Positions 1 to 8,678 are shown, counted from the first letter of the stretch. The stretch: DNA of 64,000 nucleotides from Bacteroidales bacterium (GCA_035389045.1 DAOORA010000014.1:1-64000), one strand, 5' to 3'. Notes: generated by a model not told the origin, from the sequence alone. Made by a program: numbers and translations.

Positions 1-53
1 CCATCTTCTTTTGGCCTTCTGTCGTCGAGAATTATTTTGATTGTTGTTGCCAT
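1..53 (-). CDS. N-terminus of a probable tyrosine recombinase/phage integrase (Arm-DNA-binding domain), running off the window
   Basis: Manual translation MATTIKIILDDRRPKEDG resembles the N-terminal arm-binding region of Bacteroidota integrases; lies directly downstream of a truncated tRNA; TAACTTTG promoter at 85-92. Only 18 codons are visible. Confidence 0.55.
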   Translation of the reverse strand, partial: MATTIKIILDDRRPKED

Positions 54-62
54 AATTTTGAT

Positions 63-85
63 ATTTGCATAACGATTTGCATAAC
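63..85. repeat. Tandem 11-bp direct repeat ATTTGCATAAC x2, candidate integrase arm-type sites
   Basis: Exact copies at 63-73 and 75-85 between the integrase start and the tRNA junction; related TGCATTT repeats at about 112-128. Confidence 0.5.
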
Positions 86-92
86 AAAGTTA
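85..92 (-). promoter_or_regulatory. Bacteroidota sigma-A -7 box (TAACTTTG) for the integrase-like gene
   Basis: Matches TAnnTTTG about 32 nt upstream of the ATG at 53. Confidence 0.5.
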
Positions 93-204
93 TCATTTTT
101 TGGCAACAAACTGCATTTATTTGCATTTTATTTATCAACAAAAAACACTGAAAAGTGTTGATAAACGTGCATTATAAAAATATTGGAAGAAAACGGAAGA
201 AAAT

Positions 205-227
205 AAAAAAAGCGGTCGAAACCGCTT
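205..227 (-). terminator. Intrinsic terminator abutting the truncated tRNA-Arg
   Basis: Minus strand AAGCGGT-TTCG-ACCGCTT followed by a T-run. Confidence 0.7.
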
Positions 228-263
228 AGAAGGCTGTTGCTCTATCCCCTGAGCTACGGGACC
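221..263 (-). pseudogene. tRNA-Arg(TCT) 5' half only (acceptor 5' strand, D arm, anticodon arm); 3' half absent
   Basis: GGTCCCGTAGCTCAGGGGATAGAGCAACAGCCTTCTAAGC then diverges into a terminator; anticodon TCT at 228-230; no T-arm or 3' acceptor strand follows. Confidence 0.85.
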
Positions 264-281
264 ATTCCGGGTCTTATAAAG

Positions 282-356
282 TCGGGGTAGCAGGATTCGA
301 ACCTGCGACCCCCTGGTCCCAAACCAGGTGCGCTAGCCGGGCTGCGCTATACCCCG
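282..356 (-). tRNA. tRNA-Pro(TGG)
   Basis: CGGGGTATAGCGCAG...CCTGG-TTTGGGA-CCAGG...GGTTCGAATCC...ACCCCGA forms a complete cloverleaf. Confidence 0.97.
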
Positions 357-384
357 AAAATCAAATCACGATGTTTTTGTAGCG

Positions 385-392
385 CAAAAGTA
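385..392 (-). promoter_or_regulatory. -7 promoter box TACTTTTG for tRNA-Pro/tRNA-Arg
   Basis: TAnnTTTG consensus about 30 nt upstream of tRNA-Pro. Confidence 0.6.
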
Positions 393-518
393 TAAAAAAT
401 TAGGAATAACAGAACTTTTTTTTCTAATTTGTTCTTTTGAATTACTAATATGCAGCCTTTTAAAGGCTAACTCGCGGATTATTAATATCTTTGAAAAATA
501 AAAAATACAATGGCAGTA

Positions 519-1982
519 TCATTTTAATATCAAGAGCTTTTTCGAAAAAGTCTTATCCTCAGCAATCAGCCTTAAGAAATATGTACCTGCCGGGATTTCT
601 CCAGAATTTATTATCACACTGTAGCTGCCAGTCTTAAGACGACGATCCATAAACTTCCGGATATACTGTCCTTCATTGTTGAACAACTCAAGCGTGACTT
701 TTGCTTCGGCACTGAGCGAAAAATTAATCGTAGTTGTTGTAATTACAGGGTTGGGGCAAATATCACCAAGCCCGGATTCCATCGGCAAATCCTGATCGTA
801 CTCAATTGCAGTAGCATAAATCCCGTGCGGTCCCGACCCTGTTGGATTTACGCCATGACAAACCACACATTTATTGAGCGTACCGGGATAACCCTGCAGC
901 GTGATGTTTTGTAAATTGTCATTGGCTTGTAAAGTCGGAACAATGGCATGAGGTGATCCATGACATACACTGCAATATAAATTTCCATGTCCTTTTGAGT
1001 TCCTGAAAAGCGTTCCGGGTTCTGAAGCATGGCTTGCCCCATGGCAATAACTGGTGCCACAATCCGGTTCCTGAAGCCATGCCTCACGGCCATTATCAAT
1101 AGTATTGCCAACATTAGCCACAGTGCCATGACAATCCTGACACACCATGCCTCCCTGCTTCATAATATCACGGAAACATTGAGTATTAGGCCCAGGATGG
1201 CATTTGTAACAATCATTTGTCTCACTTCCATGCTTTTGATGAACTACCTGTGAAAATGCTGGTACGCCAACAGCTCCAGGCAAACCAAGAGCATTATCTT
1301 TATGGCAGCCTGCACACAAAATGGGAGCATTTGCCGGATTGAATCCAGGCACAGGTTCATGCATATTTAAAATTTGCAATTCACTGGAATGACAACCGCT
1401 GCTTACACAATTGAACTCATTTGAAACAGGAATCACTGACTGAGTAGATGCCAAAAGGTTGTTTGTGGTATCATATACCTTAATCAGCGTTAGCTGATAA
1501 GGATGTTCATTTACAAGATCACTATCGGGATAAGGGGTAATAGGAATTCCCTCCACATGAAAAAAGTTACCGGTTTTACTCATAGTGCCCGTCAACCCAA
1601 CTCCTGTGAGTCCAATATTATTAACAAGCGTAACACCAAAAAGGTGGTTTACATAAGACCAGAAATCTGTTTTACCAACAGAATAAGTGTTCCCGGGTAT
1701 TTCATAAGTTACATGATACCCTGTAGTGAGTATTTGGGGTAAATTTGATACATCTCCCACCAAAATCACCTGTGCATGATGGTTGTTATAGGGAGGCAGA
1801 ACTGAAAAATTTCCAAAAAACTTATTTGCACAATGCATCCCGAGATCATTCCATGCAATTATTATGTAACCCGGAGTTTTCGTATTTTTACTTTCAGATT
1901 TCGCACCCTGATGCACAAACATTAATAAGAAAATTACAGGTGTTATAATAGCAAAAATTAAAATATGTATATTTTTTTTCAT
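519..1982 (-). CDS. Multiheme c-type cytochrome with T9SS type A C-terminal sorting domain
   Basis: Signal peptide; WNDLGMHC motif; five CxxCH (CAGCH, CYKCH, CQDCH, CSVCH, CVVCH) plus two Cx4CH (CVSSGCH, CGTSYCH); C-terminal PNP...GTYFLRL...KKLLILK secretion tail. Confidence 0.85.
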   Translation of the reverse strand: MKKNIHILIFAIITPVIFLLMFVHQGAKSESKNTKTPGYIIIAWNDLGMHCANKFFGNFSVLPPYNNHHAQVILVGDVSNLPQILTTGYHVTYEIPGNTYSVGKTDFWSYVNHLFGVTLVNNIGLTGVGLTGTMSKTGNFFHVEGIPITPYPDSDLVNEHPYQLTLIKVYDTTNNLLASTQSVIPVSNEFNCVSSGCHSSELQILNMHEPVPGFNPANAPILCAGCHKDNALGLPGAVGVPAFSQVVHQKHGSETNDCYKCHPGPNTQCFRDIMKQGGMVCQDCHGTVANVGNTIDNGREAWLQEPDCGTSYCHGASHASEPGTLFRNSKGHGNLYCSVCHGSPHAIVPTLQANDNLQNITLQGYPGTLNKCVVCHGVNPTGSGPHGIYATAIEYDQDLPMESGLGDICPNPVITTTTINFSLSAEAKVTLELFNNEGQYIRKFMDRRLKTGSYSVIINSGEIPAGTYFLRLIAEDKTFSKKLLILK

Positions 1983-2277
1983 ATTACAAAAGTCTTGTAG
2001 TAACCAATTTTTTCTGAGGTATGTATTACAAAACTAATGAAAAATTCTGTCAATTTCAATCTTTAAGTTATATTTCTCTTCTTATTTTTTGTATATAAGA
2101 GGCATACATCATTGCTTATTCAATGGGGAAAGGCAATAATGACCTGATTTTCATTCTCATTATTGCCTAAGTATTCCGGATAGCTGTTTCACAACCATTT
2201 TGGGGGAGCATCTCAATAAAGGCAAAGTGCTTATTGTTTACAGAAAATCTTCAAACAAGTTTGAGCGTTCTGCAAAA

Positions 2278-2303
2278 CAAAAAAAACGGCTGAAGCCGGT
2301 TTT
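2278..2303 (-). terminator. Intrinsic terminator just outside the tRNA-Ser att-like repeat
   Basis: AAAACCGGC-TTCA-GCCGTTTTTT on the minus strand. Confidence 0.55.
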
Positions 2304-2310
2304 AATGTTT

Positions 2311-2324
2311 TGGCGGAGAGAGGG
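2311..2324 (-). repeat. att-like duplicate of the tRNA-Ser 3' end (far boundary of islet)
   Basis: TGGCGGAGAGAGGG versus TGGCGGAGAGGGGG at 4801-4814 (13/14 identical), same orientation, includes the CCA end. Confidence 0.7.
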
Positions 2325-2700
2325 ACTCTTATTGCCTTTCTCTCTGTCACTTTATTTTCAACACTTTCAGATAACTAACAAATTCAAATACACCTCTTAC
2401 TTCACCGTTTAATTTACTTAATTAAAATTCATTTATGCCTTCTTGCGTGTCCGCAAAGAAAGATATCTATTTTTCAAGTATTCCATAGAAATTTCTTTGC
2501 TTTTTTTTTTGCACATTTTTTTCAACTGCATATCACTCTAACAGTTCCAAGTAATTCGATTCATAAAATTACTAATCGGTATTCTATCCCTCCAACTTTT
2601 CTGTATCTGATTTTTTCCTGTTATTTCCTTTTTTTGTTGTTCCAGGTAGCTGTATATAATTTTCCGTAAAAAGTATTTTAAATGAAAAAATCCTTTTTAT

Positions 2701-3711
2701 CTATGTGCGCAAAAAATTTCTTCTTGTACTATACATTAATAAATAGGCTCTTTTTTCAGGATTTTTAAGAAATGATCTTGCAGTCAGTGTTTCTACAAAT
2801 GCCTGCTTTTCTATGAATGGAAACATCAGTTTTTCTATTCTGGTTTCGTTTACTCCAATTCTTTTTCCAAATTCGATGAAATCATCTTTACAAGGATGCC
2901 CATTTTTATCGAAGTTGGCAGACTTGAAATTGTCAGCAAATAATCCTTTATCCAATGCAAAATCAGCATCATCAAAATGCATTCTTGTGTTTACAAGGTC
3001 GTATGCGGGACTTAAAATGTAATCCCCCCCCGGGGTTTCCAATAATGAGAAATTCTTTAGATGTGCATCACCATTGCTAAACAAGTAATTAAAGAGTATT
3101 AACGAAAAATACCTCTCTATTTCAATTTTCCATGCCGGGACAAATTTTTGGATTAGTTTTCCTATCTCTTCATAGCTATAACTGTACTTATAACCGGGTC
3201 CCGCATTATCCTTTGTTTTACCGGCCAAAGATGCAAAATCTTCCTTACCCCATTTTGTCATGTCACTCTTCACATCAAATCTTTTGGTAATGTATGCAGG
3301 TGTCCCGTCTTTAAAAAATATCATTGCATTTTCGGCTGTATTTATTCCGTACACTTGTCTTGCTATCTGCATGGTCAAATGCTCGTTTGCTGGCACCTGA
3401 TCCACTTTTTTCAGATCCCTGGGTATTGGTTTCAATATGTACGTTCCCTGCTCTCCTTCTTTTGTCAACCGGAGCATATTCTTTTCAAGCGCCATACTCA
3501 ATTTTTCCTGAACTCCTGAAATTGATATTCTCTTACGGTTTTCCATAAATTGCTCAGCCACCTCTTCGTTTTTCTGAGGTGTTTGGTATTGCAATAAATG
3601 ACTGACCTTTTTACCATCAAATAAGTTTTTCAGGCAACTTGCGCTATACGTAGTATTTCCTTGCGCTAAAGTACCTGGACAATATTGCAGTTCTTCTGCT
3701 GTCATTTTCAT
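2701..3711 (-). CDS. HipA-family Ser/Thr kinase toxin (HipT-like, C-terminal kinase domain only)
   Basis: ISISGVQEK Gly-rich loop, NEHLTM, NGDAHLKNFSL catalytic motif, LSPAYDL. Confidence 0.9.
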   Translation of the reverse strand: MKMTAEELQYCPGTLAQGNTTYSASCLKNLFDGKKVSHLLQYQTPQKNEEVAEQFMENRKRISISGVQEKLSMALEKNMLRLTKEGEQGTYILKPIPRDLKKVDQVPANEHLTMQIARQVYGINTAENAMIFFKDGTPAYITKRFDVKSDMTKWGKEDFASLAGKTKDNAGPGYKYSYSYEEIGKLIQKFVPAWKIEIERYFSLILFNYLFSNGDAHLKNFSLLETPGGDYILSPAYDLVNTRMHFDDADFALDKGLFADNFKSANFDKNGHPCKDDFIEFGKRIGVNETRIEKLMFPFIEKQAFVETLTARSFLKNPEKRAYLLMYSTRRNFLRT

Positions 3712-4031
3712 TTTATTGGTTTTATGGTTATAGCTCCGATTGTATCAATTGTTGATGTGGCTGCCAGCAATCCAAAACTATCTTCAGGGTCAATTTTTAG
3801 CCGGGTACATTGTAATTTTTTGTTTGCTCCTTCACTTAGCATATTGAAAAAAAACGGGAATAAGGTTTTACTTTTGTATTCCTGTTGTATTTTGGGCATT
3901 GTTAGGCTAATTGCTGGTTTTGCTTTGTCAGAGTAATAAATATCATCGTATCGGAACAGGTAACTTTGTTTACTTTCCTCTATGAGCAGTCCAGCCAGAT
4001 CATTATTTCGGTAAACTTCTACTTTTCTCAT
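3708..4031 (-). CDS. HipA N-terminal (Couple_hipA) domain protein, HipS-like
   Basis: AGLLIE...YLFRYD...AISLTMP...LFPFFFNMLSEG pattern; 4-bp overlap with the kinase gene; start taken at MRKVEV. Confidence 0.85.
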   Translation of the reverse strand: MRKVEVYRNNDLAGLLIEESKQSYLFRYDDIYYSDKAKPAISLTMPKIQQEYKSKTLFPFFFNMLSEGANKKLQCTRLKIDPEDSFGLLAATSTIDTIGAITIKPIK

Positions 4032-4035
4032 GTAT

Positions 4036-4245
4036 TCAGAAGTTTGATCGTACAACTAATTTTATTTCCATTCCAAGAACATCTGCCAGTTTGTACATGG
4101 TTTCAAATGTGGGGTTTCCTTTTCCGCTTTCAATTGATTTCAATGTTCGTAAGCTCACATTTGCGAGTTCAGCTAAGTGTTCCTGTGTTACACCCAGCAC
4201 TTCCCGTCTTTCTTTAAGTATTTTTATTAAATTCTTTTGGTGCAT
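4036..4245 (-). CDS. XRE/HipB-like helix-turn-helix regulator
   Basis: RREVLGVTQEHLAELANVSLRTLKSIESGKGNPTFET HTH_3 signature; first gene of the module. Confidence 0.9.
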   Translation of the reverse strand: MHQKNLIKILKERREVLGVTQEHLAELANVSLRTLKSIESGKGNPTFETMYKLADVLGMEIKLVVRSNF

Positions 4246-4380
4246 TTTATTGCTCTTTTTGATGCAAATTTACGAATAATTTTTGAAAAATACAAGGTAA
4301 AGTGCATTTTATTGCTCTTTTCATGTAAAATCATTATTAAACACATTGGTTATAGCATAAAAAGTGTATTATATTACACC
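4240..4380. promoter_or_regulatory. Three operator-like palindromic repeats upstream of the hip module
   Basis: GTGCATTTTATTGCTCTTTTT at 4240 and 4302; related GTGTATTATATTACAC at about 4364. Confidence 0.65.
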
Positions 4381-4391
4381 TAATACCTGTT

Positions 4392-4640
4392 AACCTGAGT
4401 TCGTGTTAAGAATATCGTCTTTTTACTCCGTTAGGAGTTAAATATCAATAGCAAAGAAATGTAAAAAACCTTTAATTCTCCATTAGGAGATTAACGGTAT
4501 AATAATGTTTATGTCCTACGGACAAAATATTCTACACGTTTTTGTTTTTCTATTGATATTAATTGCCTACGGCAAATATTAACAGGCTAATAATTAGTGT
4601 TTTGACAAAATAGCAACGATTTCTATCCCGAACTCAGGTT
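4392..4640. mobile_element. Non-autonomous miniature inverted-repeat element (about 249 bp) with internal REP-like hairpins
   Basis: Terminal inverted repeats AACCTGAGTTCG (4392-4403) and CGAACTCAGGTT (4629-4640), extending imperfectly inward; internal CTCCGTTAGGAG, GTCCTACGGAC, TGCCTACGGCA hairpins; no ORF. Confidence 0.65.
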
Positions 4641-4743
4641 GTTAATCATAATTTTCTTTTCACGGCTTTTCTTATAAATCATTTTCCATGTATCCCACGG
4701 AATAGGTGATTTTAGTACCATTTTTTGCCTGTTGGTAGAAAAT

Positions 4744-4779
4744 AAAAAACCCCGGAAACTCTTTGTTTTCGGGGTTTTT
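4744..4779 (-). terminator. Terminator hairpin downstream of tRNA-Ser
   Basis: AAAAACCCCGGAAAC...GTTTTCGGGGTTTTT inverted repeat with A/T tails. Confidence 0.7.
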
Positions 4780-4800
4780 CGTGCTTTTGCGTCTTACCGC

Positions 4801-4892
<92 letters not shown>

Positions 4893-4935
4893 AATTTTTT
4901 TAAGCTGAAAGAAAAAAATAAATAATATAAAGAAC

Positions 4936-4997
4936 GTACGACAGTTTAGTCCCGATGTTTCAATCGGGATTGGTTTCAGCCACTCACCCACCTCTCC
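4936..4997 (-). pseudogene. Partial duplicate of tRNA-Ser(GCT) 5' part with a 20-nt palindrome replacing 7 nt of the anticodon arm
   Basis: 4970-4997 identical to 4865-4892 and 4936-4949 identical to 4844-4857; intervening CAAACTG replaced by TCCCGATGTTTCAATCGGGA; no T-arm. Confidence 0.85.
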
Positions 4998-5079
4998 TGA
5001 GATGTTTATTAACTGAATTACATTAAATTATCTCAATAAATAAAAGAACTTGCCAATTCCCCATTTTTTAATGGGAGTG

Positions 5080-5087
5080 CAAAAGTA
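5080..5087 (-). promoter_or_regulatory. -7 promoter box TACTTTTG for the tRNA-Ser region
   Basis: TAnnTTTG consensus upstream of the tRNA-Ser pseudo-copy and gene. Confidence 0.55.
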
Positions 5088-5150
5088 TGAAAATGTTTTA
5101 TATTGACAAAGATATTTTTTCTGAATTTAAAATACCGCTGATCAATCTCC

Positions 5151-6347
5151 TCATTTCTTTCCCGGGTAAACCTTCAAAGCTTCTTCAAGGCAAAGCATAG
5201 CCGCTTTTAAATCTTCCACTTTCAACACATAACTTATTCGCACCTCATCTTTACCAAGGCCTTTGGTCGAGTAAAAACCTGTTGCCGGGGCCAGCATGAC
5301 GGTTTGATTGTTATATTCGAATTCTTCGAGCAGCCACTGACAAAACTTATCTGAATCATCGATCGGAAGCCGTGCTACGGCATAAAAGGCGCCTTTCGGT
5401 TTAGGGCAGAAACAGCCGGGCATTTTGTTGATGGATTCAACAACAATATTTCTGCGTGCAATATACTCCGACATAACATTATCAAAATAGGATTGCGGCG
5501 TATCAATAGCGGCCTCCGAGAGCACCTGTCCGAATGTAGGCGGGCTAAGGCGTGCCTGTGCAAATTTCATCGCCGTTTTATAGATTTCCTTATTGCGGGT
5601 GATAAATAAGCCTATTCTCGCTCCACATGCACTGTAACGTTTTGAAACCGAGTCGAGAAGGATTACATTATTTTCTATACCCTCAAGGTTCATTACCGAG
5701 AAGTGTTTTTCTCCCTCATAACAGAATTCACGATACACCTCGTCCGAAAATAAATACAGGTCGTGTTTAATAATGAGTTCGCGCAGTTCCTGAAGTTCCG
5801 TTTCCGAATACAAATATCCGGTCGGATTATTGGGATTACAGATAAGTATTGCTTTGGTCTTTGGGGTAATCAGTTTTTCAAATTCAGTAACAGGCGGTAA
5901 TGCAAAACCATTTTCAATAGATGAAATTACCGGTTTTACTACAACTCCTGCGGTAACAGCAAAACCATTATAATTGGCATAAAAAGGTTCCGGAATGATC
6001 ACTTCATCGCCGGGATCCAGGCAGGTCATAAATGCGAACAAGATTGCTTCGGAGCCACCACAGGTAACGATGATCTGGTGTTCGTTCACATCAATTCCCC
6101 AGTGCCTGTAGTATTCAACCAGTTTTTTGCGGTAGGAAAGTATTCCGGCAGAATGGCTGTATTCCACCACTTTTATGGTGGTATTTTTTAATACATCCAT
6201 AGCTCCTTCCGGAGTTTCGATATCGGGTTGTCCGATGTTCAGATGATACACTTTGCGTCCCTTGCGTTTTGCTTCGTCAGCAAAGGGAACCAGTTTCCTG
6301 ATGGGTGAAGCCGGCATGGCCAGGCCTTTAGATGAAATTTTTGGCAT
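5151..6347 (-). CDS. PLP-dependent aminotransferase class I/II (aspartate aminotransferase-like)
   Basis: NIGQPD, CNPNNPTG, SDEVY, DSVSKRYSACGARIG (PLP lysine). Confidence 0.93.
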   Translation of the reverse strand: MPKISSKGLAMPASPIRKLVPFADEAKRKGRKVYHLNIGQPDIETPEGAMDVLKNTTIKVVEYSHSAGILSYRKKLVEYYRHWGIDVNEHQIIVTCGGSEAILFAFMTCLDPGDEVIIPEPFYANYNGFAVTAGVVVKPVISSIENGFALPPVTEFEKLITPKTKAILICNPNNPTGYLYSETELQELRELIIKHDLYLFSDEVYREFCYEGEKHFSVMNLEGIENNVILLDSVSKRYSACGARIGLFITRNKEIYKTAMKFAQARLSPPTFGQVLSEAAIDTPQSYFDNVMSEYIARRNIVVESINKMPGCFCPKPKGAFYAVARLPIDDSDKFCQWLLEEFEYNNQTVMLAPATGFYSTKGLGKDEVRISYVLKVEDLKAAMLCLEEALKVYPGKK

Positions 6348-6360
6348 AATATTATAATTT

Positions 6361-6389
6361 AAAAAAAACCGGTAATAAAAATTACCGGT
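6361..6389 (-). terminator. Hairpin/terminator after the DUF1573 pair
   Basis: ACCGGTAAT-TTTT-ATTACCGGT then poly-T on the minus strand. Confidence 0.55.
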
Positions 6390-6446
6390 ACAAATGTTAA
6401 AATTATTTTTGAATAAAAGAAATAATAATGCCTTTTATCAGAAATT

Positions 6447-6851
6447 TTATTCGGTTGTTTTAGCATTTACCGTTCCCTTTATGACTAAAGTAACGGTGGC
6501 ATTTGAAGCATTTGATAATACAGTGATCGTTTTGCTGAAAGTTCCCACGCTGTTGGTGTTGTAACCCACTTTCACCTCTCCTTTCTGACCGGGCAGGATA
6601 GGTTCCTTGCTCCATGTAGGAGTAGTGCAACCGCATGATTTTCTGACATCCGATAAAATCAGAGGCTCATTGCCCGTATTTTTGAATTTGAAGACACAGT
6701 CGCCGTTACCGCCCTGTATTATTGTGCCATAATCATGTTCAAGACTTTCAAAAGTTATTTCAGGACCTGCCGCTTTTGAATTTGAAGTTTGTGCGTTAGT
6801 AGCAAAAACTGCTAACATTACGAATGCGAAAACTAAAGATATTTTTTTCAT
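6447..6851 (-). CDS. DUF1573 domain-containing secreted protein
   Basis: Signal peptide; FKFKNTGNEPLILSDVRKSCGCTTP...PILPGQ. Confidence 0.9.
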   Translation of the reverse strand: MKKISLVFAFVMLAVFATNAQTSNSKAAGPEITFESLEHDYGTIIQGGNGDCVFKFKNTGNEPLILSDVRKSCGCTTPTWSKEPILPGQKGEVKVGYNTNSVGTFSKTITVLSNASNATVTLVIKGTVNAKTTE

Positions 6852-6882
6852 ATTATTTAAAGATTAGGTTTGTTGTTCATTA

Positions 6883-7335
6883 CTATTGATTGGGTGTGGG
6901 TGTAAATCCCTGGTTTACCTGTTTTTCAGGCAATATCTCGTTAGGTTTTTGAAGAACCGTTCCTTTAATAGAAAGTGTCAGGTTGGGTTCAGAGGCATTT
7001 GATACTACGCTGATCTGTTTGCTGATGGTTCCTATCCTTTTGGTATCATAGGTCACCTTTATTGTTCCGTTCTGGCCGGGAAGGATGGGATCTTTGGGCC
7101 AGTTTGGCACCGTACAGCCGCATGAGGAACGCACACTCGAAAGTATAAGCGGTTCATCACCCGTATTTTTAAATTTAAACTCACAGCCGCCATCAGCGCC
7201 CTGATAAATGGTGCCATAATCGTATTCGAGGGCTTCGAATTTTATGCCCGGACCTTTTTTCTGAGCATTCTGAGCTAAAGTGTTGAATGATAAAAGGATA
7301 ATGCTAATCAGACTTAATAATAAAACCTTTTTCAT
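6883..7335 (-). CDS. DUF1573 domain-containing secreted protein (tandem paralogue)
   Basis: Signal peptide; FKFKNTGDEPLILSSVRSSCGCTVP...PILPGQ. Confidence 0.9.
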   Translation of the reverse strand: MKKVLLLSLISIILLSFNTLAQNAQKKGPGIKFEALEYDYGTIYQGADGGCEFKFKNTGDEPLILSSVRSSCGCTVPNWPKDPILPGQNGTIKVTYDTKRIGTISKQISVVSNASEPNLTLSIKGTVLQKPNEILPEKQVNQGFTPTPNQ

Positions 7336-7457
7336 AAAAATTTTTTATTTAAATACAAAGTTACAAATAAATTTTTGGATTGTAAACTTCATTTTCAAAT
7401 ATAATGCCAAAACCAAAAAACCTTAACGAAATTATTTTGGTTTTATTTGGTAAGGGT

Positions 7458-8678
7458 TTAGATTTTCATGGAATAAAGTTTTTTGTATTCCGATAAGTCT
7501 CTGGTCTTGAAAAGGAAATAAATAATGCCATCATGAATATTTATTTTTTCAATAAAAACAAAATCAGGAATATCAATAGTTTGTAAGACTTTACCATCGA
7601 AAGCATTTATCTCTTTGATTTTTGAAATTCCATTTTTTCTGGAAAGGGCATATACTTTCGACTTAATCTGATCGATAATCAGATCATCTGAAAATCCTTT
7701 GTCATGATGAAAATCGATGTCAGTAAACGCAAATGTATCGCAAGCCAGATTGTATTTTTCGAGTTTTGATGTTAAAAAATTAAATAAATAAACCGTATCG
7801 TATAAGATTATCAGTGGAGCGTTGACAGCAGGGTTCATGATTAACTGCTGAAAACGGATATCTTCCTCCCTGCCGTCGAAATAAGCGCCCCAGCGGTTTC
7901 GTTGGATATTTTCGATATCGGTAATGGTTCGAAAACAAGACAGTTTGTCCCGTAATTCATCATAGGAATAATAATTCAGAACCTGATTATTGCACAAATA
8001 CTGCCTGAGAAAATAAATATCGCCCTTATGCCCTGTAATCGTGTTAGTTATGTTGCAGAAATTTTCATTGCTGACGGGGTTGCACAGTATGATCCTGTCG
8101 CTGTCGGTATTGATTTCAAAACTTGTGGTCCTTGACATAAAATAAGTTTTTCCATCATAATCGCTGCAAAGTTTCAGGGGGTTGCGGACATCAACAGCGT
8201 TGAGGGTATCTCCCTTGCTGTTTATCAGTAAAAGTTTCGGTAAAAAAATGCTCTTCCGTTCAAAAGCCAGCAGAATGATGTTCTCTCCCGAAAATTCATA
8301 ATCCAATATATGATAAACCATGCCGGGCATCAGATCCCTGGGGACATCAGCCACTATTTGTATCGGACTCAACTCGTAAGACCTGTCCTTTAGAAATACG
8401 GTATCCGGCAAACCTGCATGCAGGACAACATGCTGTGCATAATATGAAATGCGGCTTATTTCAGCTTCATAATCAATTGTTGAGCAAGGAAATGAAAAAT
8501 GACCATTACGATCAGAAAGCGTCTTCCCGGTATAACCCGAAATCAGGACTTCAGCATCCGGCAAAGGTTCCCGGGTAAGTGAATCATAAACATATCCTGT
8601 GATCACATATCCTGACTGAGCTGCCACAGTATGACAACGTAACAGAATAATCAACACCGATAACAGTAGGTTCTTCAT
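7458..8678 (-). CDS. Secreted protein with N-terminal carboxypeptidase-regulatory-like domain
   Basis: Signal peptide; ITGYVYDSLTREPLPDAEV...SDRNGHFSF motif; remainder unassigned. Confidence 0.7.
   Translation of the reverse strand: MKNLLLSVLIILLRCHTVAAQSGYVITGYVYDSLTREPLPDAEVLISGYTGKTLSDRNGHFSFPCSTIDYEAEISRISYYAQHVVLHAGLPDTVFLKDRSYELSPIQIVADVPRDLMPGMVYHILDYEFSGENIILLAFERKSIFLPKLLLINSKGDTLNAVDVRNPLKLCSDYDGKTYFMSRTTSFEINTDSDRIILCNPVSNENFCNITNTITGHKGDIYFLRQYLCNNQVLNYYSYDELRDKLSCFRTITDIENIQRNRWGAYFDGREEDIRFQQLIMNPAVNAPLIILYDTVYLFNFLTSKLEKYNLACDTFAFTDIDFHHDKGFSDDLIIDQIKSKVYALSRKNGISKIKEINAFDGKVLQTIDIPDFVFIEKINIHDGIIYFLFKTRDLSEYKKLYSMKI

Noticed and set aside
221..263. Group I intron interrupting tRNA-Arg
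   Set aside because: The sequence after the anticodon arm is a short terminator, AT-rich DNA and an integrase-like start; no intron core is recognisable.
2200..2412. 70-aa ORF on the plus strand
   Set aside because: Spans a terminator and the att repeat; no protein-like features.
4936..4997. Functional second tRNA-Ser or selenocysteine tRNA
   Set aside because: No T-arm or 3' acceptor strand, and the anticodon arm is destroyed.
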